Shown: positions 33,235-45,676, counted from the first letter of the whole stretch. The stretch: DNA of 57,869 nucleotides, filler included, from Sphacelaria rigidula (GCA_964200075.2; 6 parts of 6 records of this genome joined end to end with filler, not necessarily neighbours in it), one strand, 5' to 3'. The notes: generated from the sequence alone by a model not told the origin. Numbers and translations: made by a program.

Positions 33235-36200
33235 CTACCGTAAAGAAGCGTATACAGCACCTGAAGAAACGAAGTCTCTACACGGTGCGTCAACAATGAC
33301 AGCACGTCAACAGGAACACAGACGCCCGAACACCGCCCTCCGAAGCCAAGCAAGGGGATACTGACTAACACCAGTTGCACACTGCTGCTGCTCCTCCTGT
33401 ACACGCTGCTGACGGCGCCACGCTGGTGCAAAACCACCTCATTCCCCCTCCGACTACCTTAGCCCATGACCACCATCAATGTCCATGACTCCTACGCGCA
33501 ATCTGGGCGGCATCTTGTTGCGGCGACGCACTACGAGTCGGAAATCCCTGGGAACTACCCTGCTCCACCACACCCTGACGTACCATACCAGCCGAACCCA
33601 CCGTGGGTTTGGTCACAGCGCCGGGATTCCCCCCGGCGATCCAATCGCCATTGGCGCGGGGTTCGGGATCGAAAGGCGATGACGATACGGTGAGGTCAGC
33701 TGGTATTCCGTGCCAGCTGGCCGCCGGACGGTGTGGATGATGCATAGTTCCCAGCCCTTGCCCTACAGGGAGACACCCCGCCGACTGCCTCGGGTCTTGC
33801 ATTGGCGGGTTTATTGGGGTGGTGACAGTGTTCTGGTGTCTGGGTACCGACGCCGGGGCACTCCAAGGGTTCGAGGCACTCACCGAACGCTGATGATCAT
33901 GCGACCCCGCAACTCCCGAATTCAAACTGAGCGAACCACCTGCGAAGCCTCCTTGTACCGCCGCCGATGGTTGTGCCGCCCCAGCTCCTGCCATAGACGC
34001 TACACCTTGCGACTGAGTATCACCACCGCCGTTGCCCGTGTTGAAAGGTACAGCCCAGGGCGCCGCGTTCATGTCGGACGAGGCCATCGGCGGGGCGTGA
34101 GGATGTAGTGGCCCTTGAGCACTGCCCCAAGCGCCGCTGCCTCCTCCACTCCCAGGCCCGAACGAAGGCTGACATACCCCAACACCCGGGGGTAGCGGCG
34201 GGGTAGTGAATACCCCAGCGAGTTTATCGCTGAGCGCTGCGACACTTGTGTTGTCTGTAGCGCCCACCCCTCCTCTTTCGCTGGGCCGGAAATCCAACAA
34301 AAGCGTGTCGTCATTGCTACTTCTTCCGTCACCACTCCCACCGACTTGTTCCCCGGGATGCCGCGCAGCAACAGACCCGGCAACCATGGTGCCGGTATCG
34401 AGCAGGAGGCCGCGTTCAGAAGTCGAACCAGGGACATCAAAACCAATGCTGTTCGGCGCGACGGCAAATGGATCCGCAGGGGCTGCCGCTGAAGGAGGCA
34501 TAGAAACGTCGAATGACACCGCTCCGAATCCATCTGAGAGATCCGGCGCGGCGGCCGGGGTCCCCGAAAACTGATCGAAATCGGCGAAGCCGCTCCACCC
34601 TGCGGATAAGCCACTTGTGCCGGATTCTGCGCCCCCCGTGACTACCGCCGTAGCGCTTCTCGTGGGAGCATCCCTCGGATTCGACATCGATTGTTGTGAT
34701 GATGGTGGTAATGTTTTTTCTTGTGGTCCATGCCCCAATGTGGGGGGTGGTTGGGCAACGCCGGTCGGTTTCCGTAATGCTTTGTTGCAAAGATCCGCAT
34801 ATTCCTTCCTGTGCTCGCTACTACTACCGGTGTTATTGCTGCTGTTGTCGCCGAGGGTGCCTCCGGCTGTATCGGCATGCTCACGCCGCGACGGTGGCCT
34901 GCTACTGGGCTGCGAGCTGTGCTCTAACGATGTAGGCGGGTGATGCCTCGTCTCCAACTCCTTCGCCTCTTTTCGAGACGCCAGACGTCGAGCGGCGACC
35001 GAGTTGGGGTTCAGGTGCGGCTCCTTCGATTTGGACCCGGCACGTCTCGGCTGCGCGGTTCCACGACAAAAAAAAGAAGGAAGGAGAGCATACAGCACAC
35101 GAAAATCAGCGAGTGAAGAAGCCTTGACGGTGTGCAAAGGCTGATGACATGGAACCTCTATCAGGGGCCAACAGTCAAGAGTCCAGAAAATTGTTTGAGC
35201 AACACAAATATTTCGCTTCGGTTCACACCCACAAAATCACAGGCCGTTTATGTCACACACGCCGTAGCTCTCAGGCCGCAGCAGCGCGCACAGCGCACGC
35301 GAATCCCGGAAGCGACGCGAAATCCGACAGACAGCTCGGTGCCCACAACCCCGACGACACGAACATTCAGCACTTCGGCAAAACCGCATCAACGGAAACA
35401 GCAAGGTGGGATTTCCACACCCCCGCACACCCCGAAGAAATACTGTAACCCCACAGCACCAGAAAAAGGCGACCCCGTCAACCACAGGACAAAGCACTTT
35501 CCATATCACCTTCGATCCCGGAGGGACCCTCCGACTGGAGTCCCTCTCTCCGTCTCCTCCTCGACCCTTTCCATCGCGCGATGGGTTCCCTCCTGCGCTC
35601 GGATGAGCCCCTGTATCAACCCCAAACGCCCCGCTGCTGCTGCTAGCTCTATGCCCCCCTAAGCTCTCTTTGACTTCGGGAGGTCTAGGATTTCGGGACG
35701 GGGGAAGTGGATGTCCCTTGCTTAGGGCATGGACGCAGGACTCCACCTTCACGTGTTGGACGGGGCGCACGAGGAAGAATAAGAGAGAGGGGGGCGTCAA
35801 CAAGGGGGTGTGCTTAGGCGAGTGACTGGTTCCGGTTTGGGGCGTCGAGCCTATTTCTTCACGCCTTGCTACATGTCCATTGTGTATGGTGGGATGGTTG
35901 ATTCCACGGCAATTGGAGCTGTAACACACTCATGCACACGACATGTTACCATTCCATTCAATCGATGGAGTGATCGGTAGGAAGTTGGCCGTGGCATGTT
36001 TGCTCACAGACCCACCATGAACCCAGCCGTGGTCAATACATAGAAGATACACGTGCCCAAGACAGAAAAAAAACGGATAAAACTTGTTTTAAGGAAACTC
36101 GAGTCAGGGAAAACATAGGAACAAAGGAAGAGATAAGCGGGGTAAACCGTGAAAAATATGGAAGAAAGAAAAACGGAGAAGAGCTCAAACGTGTGAAAAA

Positions 36201-36683
36201 TACCTGCAGTATGTAGCAGAGGGTATCTCGACAAAACATCGCCCATTGCTGACGTCACTGGTGACTGATGCGCGGATTGATATGTTCGGAATCTCTCTTC
36301 AATTCATTGATGAATCATGACTAGACGCGCCTGGTACCAGTACATTCTTTGAACATGACGTTCCTGTTGATCACAACTCGACGAGTGCAAAGAGACTCTG
36401 ATGACATAGAATGCGGAGTCAAACGGAAACTGACACAACATCAATAGACGGCATCCGCCCCGTCCCACGGAAATGAACACCCCGCAAGTATTCTCGTTGT
36501 AGGGTGCGCAAATCCAAAGGACAACTACTCACAACAGGATGATGACTTCCCGAAAATAGGCAAAACCGATCCAAGTAGCATACCTCGTCCACAGAGGGTC
36601 TGTGCTCCGGCGAGGCGATGAACGTACGCTGAGTCAACTCCTTCAAGTTCTCCGAAAATGTTGAGTCCTCTGGCGTGCGAATC
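33235..36683 (-). CDS. Ser/Thr kinase, probably NAK (AAK1/BIKE/GAK-like) family, 5'-partial; inferred exons 36683-36584, 35746-35510, 35050-33496, 33260-33235
   Basis: Phase-consistent GT-AG junctions give IRTPEDSTFSENLKELTQRTFIASPEHRPSVDE|VESCVHAL... (kinase subdomain XI, P..RP motif), then a long disordered tail with endocytic-type motifs (WSGF, FADFDQF, DPF, LLLDF, NPW). The family call is inferred because the catalytic core is not in the contig. The last exon is less certain; without it the ORF stops at 33476. Confidence 0.7.
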
Positions 36684-36969
36684 CTTTCGAAAAGTGGACG
36701 GAGACGAGGGGTTGGCCACCGTCATCAAGTGCGGAAAACGGGCGGAGAGACGGGACGACGCTTGCCCAGGGGAACATACAGTAAGCTCTGGAAGTACATC
36801 TTGGTATGTTGTAAAATTTACATGGGGAGAATATCTATGAAAAACGAGCAAGACTCACCGGTTGTCATGTAAGACATGTATTTGGGGGTAACTGGGTAAA
36901 TGATACCTTGCCAATACGGACACGTCCCGAGGGGGAGGGAGGTTGAAAGTATACGAAAAAAAATAACCA

Positions 36970-38030
36970 AACAGGCAAACCTCAAGCCGGGTTTGGGAGT
37001 TACGACACGAAATTGTACGGACGTATAATTGAAGGTAGGACCGAGGTCGCCAGTGTCGTGTCGGTCGACGTTTCGTTCGATATCACGGGTGGCTTGGGGT
37101 CGCAACCCGCCGGACGTGACCGGGGGCCCGCAAGAAACTGGTGATACCGGCGACCGACACATTACTCGCGAACTCGGACCTACCTGACTTCAGTGACACG
37201 TGTGTAGAATTTCGTGTCCTGACTCTCAAACCTAGAGAGAGGTTTCAAGCAAACGTGAGATTCTTCAGAGACTCTAGGGTTGCCGAGCACTTTCGGCATC
37301 TTATAACCCCAAGACCCGGCAAAATGGACAGAAAGCCCGACAAACACGACATTGGCAATCTCAGACGCACGTTGACGTACACATGCATGACATTTGGTCT
37401 CCCAACTGTCAGATCTGGTGTGAGGTTTGGAGCACAAGTGAAAATATTTTTAAAATACCGGGAACTTCCGGTGGGTTTTGACCCTCAAAGTAGGATCAAA
37501 TCGACCGGAACGCGGACCAACTCGACACTGGCGATCTCGAGCTCATCTCGAGGAACATACAACAAATTTGGCCTCCACACTCCCAAACCCGGCGTGAGGT
37601 TTGGAGCCAACATGAAATGGTTCCGAGAATATGGGCTTCCTGTGGCTGATGACCCCAAGAAAGTGGTTATACCGACCGAAGCGCCGACCACTCAGATCCC
37701 GGAGACGTCGGCCTTGCCTCCGGTACACGTATGTGACATTTCGTCTCCAAACTCCCAAACCCAACGTGAGGTTTTGGGAGAAAGTGGCATTATTCCGAGA
37801 ATCTGAACTTCTGGCAGGACATGACCCTAGAAAACCAGTGAAATCGACCGAAACTTCGACCACCTAGACACTAGCAATCTTGGGCTTGCCTTCAGTGACA
37901 TCTCCGTGAAATCTCGTCTTCGAATGCTCAGACCCGACGTGAGATGTTGAGCAAACGTGGAACTGTTCCGAGACTTCCAGCACTGTCATGACCCCAAGGA
38001 ACCGGTGAAAGCAGCCGATAAAACAGACAC
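36970..38030. repeat. Degenerate ~174-bp tandem repeat (~5 copies) with an inverted partial copy at the left
   Basis: G(T/A)GAGGTTT-like anchors at ~37237, 37420, 37594, 37766 and 37939 (spacing 183, 174, 172, 173); GCCGGGTTTGGGAGT at ~36986 is the reverse complement of ACTCCCAAACCCGGC at ~37579. Confidence 0.8.
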
Positions 38031-38376
38031 CCACATATCGGTGATATTGGTCTTCATTCAAGAAAATCTGCGTAATTTTTTTACTGAATCTCACCAACTG
38101 CTTGGGAAATGAAGTGAGAACGAGAGACGTTCCGAGGTTGTAAGACCATATGATGGTTTTGGGGCGAGCACATCGCCCTCCTTGGATCAGAATACGTGGA
38201 CAACACTGATGGCCCAGAATAAGTGGTCAATTTCACCAATACGAAAAATGAGACATGCCGGATACGCTGTTGCAAAAATAGATGGTATTAAACACTGGGG
38301 CGACGTGGGGGGTGAAAAATAAAAAAATGGATGGAAGATCCCGGGGATAGCTTCAAAACGTCCCCCGCACGAAGTG

Positions 38377-38547
38377 GATGATCGTACTACGTGATGTTAA
38401 AATGGTGAGACAGACCCCTACGAGGCAGTGTGTGAGCCGTGGTTATCTCTGGGAGTGGCGATACCAGAAAATGAAGCAATCCATTGGAGGCTGTCATCCA
38501 AATGCAAGATAATCAGTAGGCCTCGGGTCGAACAATCTTAGCAGGAT
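38377..38547 (+). repeat. Dispersed repeat, second copy of 22484-22648
   Basis: Direct similarity to the copy in the ICL intron. Confidence 0.85.
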
Positions 38548-38647
38548 NNNNNNNNNNNNNNNNNNNNNNNNNNNNNNNNNNNNNNNNNNNNTTAATTAAT
38601 TAANNNNNNNNNNNNNNNNNNNNNNNNNNNNNNNNNNNNNNNNNNNN
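38548..38647. other. Artificial contig spacer
   Basis: Same N44-TTAATTAATTAA-N44 structure. Confidence 0.97.
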
Positions 38648-39171
38648 CGCAGCTATTGGACCTCTCCTTCAGCTGTCAATACCACAAGACATGACCAATG
38701 GCAGATGGTACCTCCGGTGTCCCCGCTTCTCTACAAACCAAAACCAGGGGGTAGTCCAGCAAGTTCACGAGGAGAAGTACTCTTTTCTCCTCTGTGAAAA
38801 TGGAAGACCAAGCAGTGTCATCAGACCGAAACAAATGGCTCTTCGTAATATAGTTTTGGGACGGCACTGGTCGTTTTTCGATCAGATACGTAGTCACAGT
38901 CTGCAGTGCTCCGCAGTTCTGCACCCTACTGAGAAAACTGAACGCCGATATCACCTATAACGTCAGGGGAGTAGCGTGCTACTCACTCACTGCACCTATC
39001 GAGACGATCAACAAAACTCAATAGCGATCCTTCTAGTTGGGAAACGGTGCCCCGCGACCGACCCTTGACAGGTGACGAACAATGTAGCACGTTGAAACTG
39101 GGTCGGCTTGCCATGCGCGTATGGCCCCATTACCAAAGAGAATTCTGTCCGTAGATAGCTTCAGAAACCGA

Positions 39172-39570
39172 CATCATAATTCAGTCAAGTCAGGCCATAT
39201 CTACCTCCACTTATTGTGACGCAAAACACATCTCATCGTCAACCAACCCCGCTACAAAACAGTGTCCTATGACCTACATCGGCGGTGAAAATTTGAGCGG
39301 GATACTCTGACGCCAAGGACGTAAACCTATGGAGGTTTGGGCTCAACACCGGTCAAACCTATGCATAAATAGGTTCGGATGCCGGCATCACCATTCAATC
39401 GAGTCAGGTATATCTACCTGCGCTTATCGTGATGGCATGTACATTTTATCGCCAACCAACAGAGTTTGGAGCCAGGACCCTGTGACCTACACTGCTTAAG
39501 AAGATTAAAGTGCACTGCACTGGCGCCAATAATGGTATGCCCATTTAAATATGATCTCAACACCGGTAGA
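39172..39570. repeat. Diverged two-copy tandem duplication, ~213-bp period
   Basis: CATCA..ATTCA..AGTCAGG..TATCTACCT..CTTAT..GTGA..ATCG(T/C)CAACCAAC..TGACCTACA..CTCAACACCGGT occurs twice. Confidence 0.7.
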
Positions 39571-41299
39571 ATTGATTATCCACATACTCCAGCCTAACCA
39601 CCTTCCATGTTCGCAACCCACGCGAGGCTATATCGGGCATTTTTCACCATATATGTATATATATATATATGTCATCATACAGTACACCGTCTGGATTTTC
39701 GTGTTGGTCCAAATATTTTTTTACACCCGCAGCACGGCACAGGTCGGACTATATCAAGTATCCTTTCCAGAAGAAACTTCGTCTCGCCGAGGTTAAAAAA
39801 AACGTGCCGAGCGATTTTCAGTCTCAATAATATCTTCAGTTCAGATCGTCAGGCAGTCTCGCCCTACTCTTGAAATATGAATAATATTTTACGGTGAAAC
39901 CAAACATAGCCCCGTATGCATCCGGAACGCATTGATGAGCAGCCACCTTCAGGCATGCCCCCCAACATCATCACGTTTCCCCCCATGCATGTCACGTATC
40001 TGACTTGGCTCCACCCACAAATCGAAGTCATCACCGCATGGATCACCACCGAGACTAGAACCACCTTGGCAACGTCCATAAAACCCCATGACACCACACC
40101 AGCGATTAGTATGGCACTCACGTCTGGGACATGTGGCCCCCGATGGATTTCGGGTCACCCTTCTTCACAAGCAAGGTATACCCGCGCCCGTCTCATGAAT
40201 AGTGTTGCCGCTGAGTGGTGATGGCGCTCCCGCGCAACGTCTCTCACAGGTGCCGTGGATTCCTCAAGAGCAAAGTCCACTCCGCAGAGCTGGCCGAAAC
40301 TGATATCTCGACCGTTTGGCGCTCTGGCCCTCCAGCTCCAGCGGCCGCGGGAGGGTACGCCCCGCCATAGGACTCCTCCCCCTCACTTGCTACAACCCGC
40401 AGCAGGTGGTGTGTCCCTTGCACTACTTAGGACATTGCTGCTTTTGCGCTACCTCTACTCCCTTTTAAGACCGAGGACCCGGTCATTGATGGTGCGTTCT
40501 CGGCCGCAGCCGAGACTGTAATTGCCTTGCTTTTTTTCATCTCGTTGGCGAAGCACACACCCACCGGTTGATCAACCACGAGTCTCCAGAGTGTTTCGTG
40601 ATCTGTGATCCCGTGGATGGATTCAATGGAGACGGCTGGTAAGGTCGATCAGAGGAAGCGGCTGTCAGCCAATCAGAACGATGTACAAGTGTAGTATTGT
40701 ATGGCCAGGCAAAGCAGGAGAAGGGAGTGATCGAGTGGGCAGAGCCTCACGGCCGACCAGCAAGACGATAAGTACGGGATTGCACAAATTGAGGTTGTTT
40801 TTTCTTTGAGAATGAACCTTGGAAACTTTCACAAGCATCGATATATATATATATATATATATGCAAATGCACTCTCCGTCCGTGATATGTGACGTTGCTC
40901 ATCTTCAAAAGAATCCATCCGCACTTTGTAAAATCCTGTGTTTATACCTAGCAATTTTATTATGTCCGTTCGTTCCCATACAAAAAATGTTCCTATTTGT
41001 GTCAATCTGCTGTTGACACGGGATTTTACATACTACCGGTCATTCGTTTTGTAGGATGAGCGAGGCCCTTCCGATGCTCAAGGTTTATCCAAAATAAAAA
41101 AAATAGCCTCAATTTATGACATCCCGTGTTTATACGTACGTGGGTCCTAAACATGCCAACTAGGGTAGTTAATCCCACCGCGTGTAACCGTAAAACACAC
41201 ACACACATACACAAATGCCTCACTGCTGTATCGTAGATCTAGCACCGTAGACCCTGCTGACTGCCTTGTTTACAGGAACAGTGGAATCCTTGGGGAAGT

Positions 41300-41650
41300 G
41301 CTCGTGTGTTGTTGTCCCATCTATTCTGGACGCTGGTCTACACCTTTCGGTAATGTGGGCGCATCAGCCGGGGCCACACAGGAGGAAGGCCAACACAGGA
41401 TTTTTGTTTTGTTTTGTTTATTTGAGTTCTCCACCTTCCTTCTGCGGTGCTTGCCTTTTATTTTTCTATCACAAGAGGGGTTCCAATCCCTCGTCGACCG
41501 TGAAGTCGAATGTTGTGTACCTACGACATCGTCCCTCTCCACTCTCGGGCATTTTTTGAGAAAAAAAACAGATTGCTCTGATATTCGAACGCACGATCCA
41601 ACCGTCAGAAGGATTCGCGGTTACCAACTGAGCCACAGGGGCAACTGGGG
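41300..41650 (-). mobile_element. tRNA-derived SINE
   Basis: Minus strand begins GTTGCCCCTGTGGCTCAGTTGGTAA (A box)...CCTTCTGACGG...GTTCGAAT (B box); body matches 44549-44915. Confidence 0.75.
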
Positions 41651-41669
41651 ATCTAGCATGTGTGCAAGT

Positions 41670-41775
41670 GGGCATTTTGCGAGAAAAAATCCCAGATCGC
41701 ACCGAGATTCGAATCCACTATCCAATCATCAGAAGGTCTCGAGGTTACTAACTGAGCCACCGAGGCGACCGGGGG
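41670..41775 (-). mobile_element. Second tRNA-derived SINE head
   Basis: Minus strand GGTCGCCTCGGTGGCTCAGTTAGTAACCTCGAGACCTTCTGA...ATTCGAATCTCGG. Confidence 0.7.
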
Positions 41776-43559
41776 TCTGGCTCGGGTGCAAGTGACCTAT
41801 TTCTGAATGTGCGCGTTGACCGAAACTTGTCCAGCTCCAAAAAGCTCGTGATTCGTAGGTCAACGCAGACTGCCGCATTACCTCGCTTGGGTTTTCTGCT
41901 GTACGCAAGGTGCACCGAGTTTTACCCACCATGCACGCCTCTTCTGCGCGGCTCTCTACAGAGTAGTCTTTACTGCCACCACCACTGCCACTGTCTGTTC
42001 ACGTCCTCGCGGGTATAGCACGCACATAACCCTTCGTGTTACAGTAGACATCTACAATACGTCGGCGGGGCACATTGCATTCAGTACTATAGCATGAGCA
42101 TGAGCGCGCACAGGGGTGACAACTCGCGCGCTGAAGTTAACCTGCGGTTTCTAGACAGAAGGGACGTTTTGGGGGCCACACCAGGCCTGACGATCCATAC
42201 GAGACAATTAATGTTCCGCGACGAAAATGATAGCACCGAGCCCAAGCTATACGGTATGAAAGATGCACGACTATTACGAACACAGCGGATACAGCTCCAT
42301 CGTGATCATACAGCAAGATCCCTCTGGGAATTTCGATTGGAGTGGGCACAACTCGGAAGGTAAGCCCAGGTGCAACACAATGTCAATCGTCGGAAACGCA
42401 CGCGTTCGGCGCAAAAATACCCATCTAGGGTGGATCGAGAGAGGAATTTCTACTTCCTGGCCTATTACCCCGAGGATGCGGGGTAACCAATTCGTAAAAG
42501 TCGATTTGTCGACGTACAAGGAAAAGGCTCACCTCGATGCTCGCGAAGTACTCTATAAATTCTCCATATCCTGTACGTATCTGTTTGCAATCCAGATGGC
42601 GAAAGCGTCACCTAGCAGCCATGCTGAAGAAGCAGAACATCCACTGCTCGATCTACTCTCACGCGGTCACCCGTGTGCGAAACGTCATGCATTCCACCGC
42701 AGAAGTGGGAAATATTCCCCCAATCGTTTTCGCTATGTATGAATAGGGTCGAAGTGGATGTGGTGTGTATGACTGCGGGTACGAGTGATCTCCGATAGGC
42801 GAAAATTACTCGATGAAAGTCACCCCGCGGTGTCCACATGCAGTGTGTTGGTGGGGCCACAAGACGCACGGCACCAATGCATTGTCTAGGGAGACGTGAT
42901 GCTGCTTCTGTAACTATTCCTTCGTCCACAGTACCATTTTTGGCGTATATTGCTCAAGCGAACAGGGATTTTTCCGCATTGAGCAGCAACACGGGCAGAG
43001 GGCTTACGGTCGCTGAGGTATGCACTCGTGTCGGGAGACATGTTCATAGAACCGTGCGGTACTGCTAGTTAGAGAAACTGGAAGAGAAGGAGCTCGTGCA
43101 TGTGTGTAGCCTATCTGAGGAAAGTATTGCACAAAGCAGTGCACTGCAATGAAGATCGCTTGTATTTCTTGTGTGCTGATGGCTAGGCAGTCTGGCCCCT
43201 GTCTTGATCTGTGTAGGTGGGGAATCGCTGTGGTTCCAAGGTTATTCCGCAAAATACATAACGCAAATACGGCAAAATGCTACGCGAAGCCGCAAGGTTG
43301 GGCGCGTTGCCACAGGATCCCACTCGTACCAGACGCTGAGAAATACTGCAGGGTACATGGAATACTTACTACCTGATCCCAGTGCAAAGAGTATACTGGG
43401 ATGCATTTACGCAAGTCATGCGAGCTACTTTTGTATCAAGGGTGGATCCGGTTTGATTATTGCACAAGATTTAAGATTCCCCCCGTACTGTTGGCTGGAT
43501 TTTTTTTAAATAGTTACTTGTATCAACACTGGACAGCTGCTATACCGTGTGCACACGAA

Positions 43560-43790
43560 TTTCTATTTCACGGTCAACGATAGAAAATGATCAAAGGATC
43601 GCCGAACCCTTCTCGCGGTACAATTTGGGGCAAACACTGCAGAGAGGAAGTGGAGTACTACGAGTCAAACAAAGTAGAGAGTGAAAAATCCTGTGCTGCC
43701 CTTCCTCCTGTGTGACCCGGGGTGATGAGCCCACTTATACCGGAAGGTGCAGCCGTGGCGTTCAGAATAGAGATGGGATAACACACACGC
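43560..43790 (+). mobile_element. SINE 3' body fragment
   Basis: CCTTCCTCCTGTGTGACCCGG...AGAATAGAGATGGGA shared with the 44549 and 41300 copies. Confidence 0.7.
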
Positions 43791-44401
43791 ACAACACACT
43801 CCTGCAGCGCGGATAAACTTTTTCACCCGGCCAGGGTGTGGAAACGCGCATAATACAGTACTATTACTCTTTGTGCTGCAAATCAGATGGGCCCGGAGTT
43901 GGTCTTGGACTTCGTGGTAGGAGACTACGGTGTCATTATGTGCAAGGATTTATGCGCGTCTTACTAACACAATGACCTCGCTCCAAACTCGACTTTTTGC
44001 ATTTCTCCGTACCCGATCCAAACTCGCGGCTGGCGCTACAGCACAACAGTCTACACCTTTCACCGGTGTACTGCCCTCTCTTTCTCGTACACAGACAGTA
44101 TACTGCACGTCGTATGAGTTCGTTCTGAAAGCTTCAGAGTGCCTGTGCTCCTTCTCATATGTGACTTATCAAGTCACGCCTGTTAGAACAACGCCTTTCA
44201 GGTTCATAATCCAATCGTTCACACGCGCTTGCAGCAAGCGTACATGTACCCTGTTGTACCGCCGCACCGTTGCGTAGTGCGCACAATGTGTGAGCGCATG
44301 GCGCGTCTGTCGGACGTCGCTTAAATCGGGAAATGTGTCGAAGTAGACACCTGATCACGCCTCTACGTTGTACCTTGCGCGGGGCATGCACACGTGCACA
44401 G

Positions 44402-45676
44402 GCGATGAAGCTCAGAGCGGCAGCCGTTGAACACAAACTCGAAGATGTGCAACGGGTACCCAGGGACGGGGATAATTGCTTCCGGTCTTGGATTGCGAAG
44501 AGGAAAAAATATCTACCGTCTGTGGTTGTAATCTATCCGCGTAAACGCGGGTCGCCCCGGCGCCTCAGTTGGTTACAGCACCTCGAAACCTTCTGACGGC
44601 TGAAACGTTGGTTCGAATCTCTGGGAAGTCACACGATGTGGGATTTTTTTTTCTCACATCATGCCCAACAGTATTGTCGTGGAGAGCGACTTTTGTCGTG
44701 AGTATCCAGAGTTCGACGTTACGGTCGACGATGGAAAAGGGCCGCTGAATCCTTGTCGTGGTGAACAGAATGGCAAGCACCCCACAAGGAAGGTGGGGTA
44801 CTAGAGCAAAAATAAAAAGAGGCTATGTTGACCTTCCTCCTGTGTGACCCCGGATGATCCGCGCCCACATTTTGTATACCGACAGGTGCCAATTGCTGTC
44901 TAGAATAGATGAGGTGACATTACTATAGACAGACAGACAGACATACTTCGTGCGGTCTCACGTGTCAGACCTGGTGGAGGCCATGCTCTTGGCTCTATAG
45001 ACTAAAGGTATCTCAAACTCTAGGCTCCCGTTATATTTAACAGCATTATACAGTCGAACATAACGGGAACCTCGACTGTGAGATATCTCCACTAATGGCC
45101 CTTGTCATCATGAGATTATGGCTGTAGTATATATACCGCATCAAGCACTCGCGAAGATGAGGATATGCCGCCAACTCGGTTTGCTCACGTCACGTGTAAC
45201 AGAGGACAGCGGGGGAGTAGTGCTCATTTTTTTATTTGGTTGGTTTGATTGATTGTCGCACTGCTCAAATCGTAGAATGTACGGTAAATTCCCAAAGGTG
45301 TTCTCGGGAAAGGCTGATGTCCCAATGTGGTACTTCCCGTGTACGTACTGCACTACCACTATAATACAGGCATTGATATGTACAGCCTTGGTTTTGCCTG
45401 TAGTGTACGTGGTCCTCATTGTACCAACACCTGGCAAATGTAATGCAGGTGGTGTGCGCAAAGTTTGTTTCAAGGCCTGCCTGTCACGGAAGACATTGAC
45501 CTCATCACAGCACTGGTCGCTGACACGGACCTCGATCATACCCCACGAAACAGCAACTCAGAACCCGGTGACTGTCATACCTACACTGGAAAAATCGGAA
45601 CGCTTTCGAGGCACTGTTTCGGTGTTGTCCCAGGTGGGGAGGGTTCTCTACTTCATGGCGCGGAAATTCCTGTTAA
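44402..45676 (+). CDS. Possible spliced OTU-like cysteine protease fragment; exons 44402-44484 and 45449-45676
   Basis: The join CG|GT...CAG|G gives VQRVPRDGDNCFR-WCAQSLFQGLP, resembling the OTU N-terminal motif (V/I)PGDGNCLFRAxAxxL. The donor site is weak and no His motif was identified. Confidence 0.35.
44549..44915 (+). mobile_element. tRNA-derived SINE
   Basis: GGGTCGCCCCGGCGCCTCAGTTGG...CCTTCTGACGG...GGTTCGAATCT head followed by the shared body (CGGTCGACGA...CCTTCCTCCTGTGTGACCCCGG). Confidence 0.75.

Noticed and set aside
19599..36683. Functional clustering of ICL with the kinase or other genes
   Set aside because: The genes lie on different contigs joined artificially.
36859..36906. 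Additional upstream kinase exon
   Set aside because: It has a good GTGAGT donor, but no frame gives kinase subdomain IX-X-like sequence.
39916..40521. Coding gene in a GC-rich stretch
   Set aside because: All frames are interrupted by stops and no family motif was recognised; at most a decayed sequence.
41565..41775. Functional tRNA genes
   Set aside because: No intact cloverleaf could be built, and the heads are attached to a repeated non-tRNA body; classed as SINEs.
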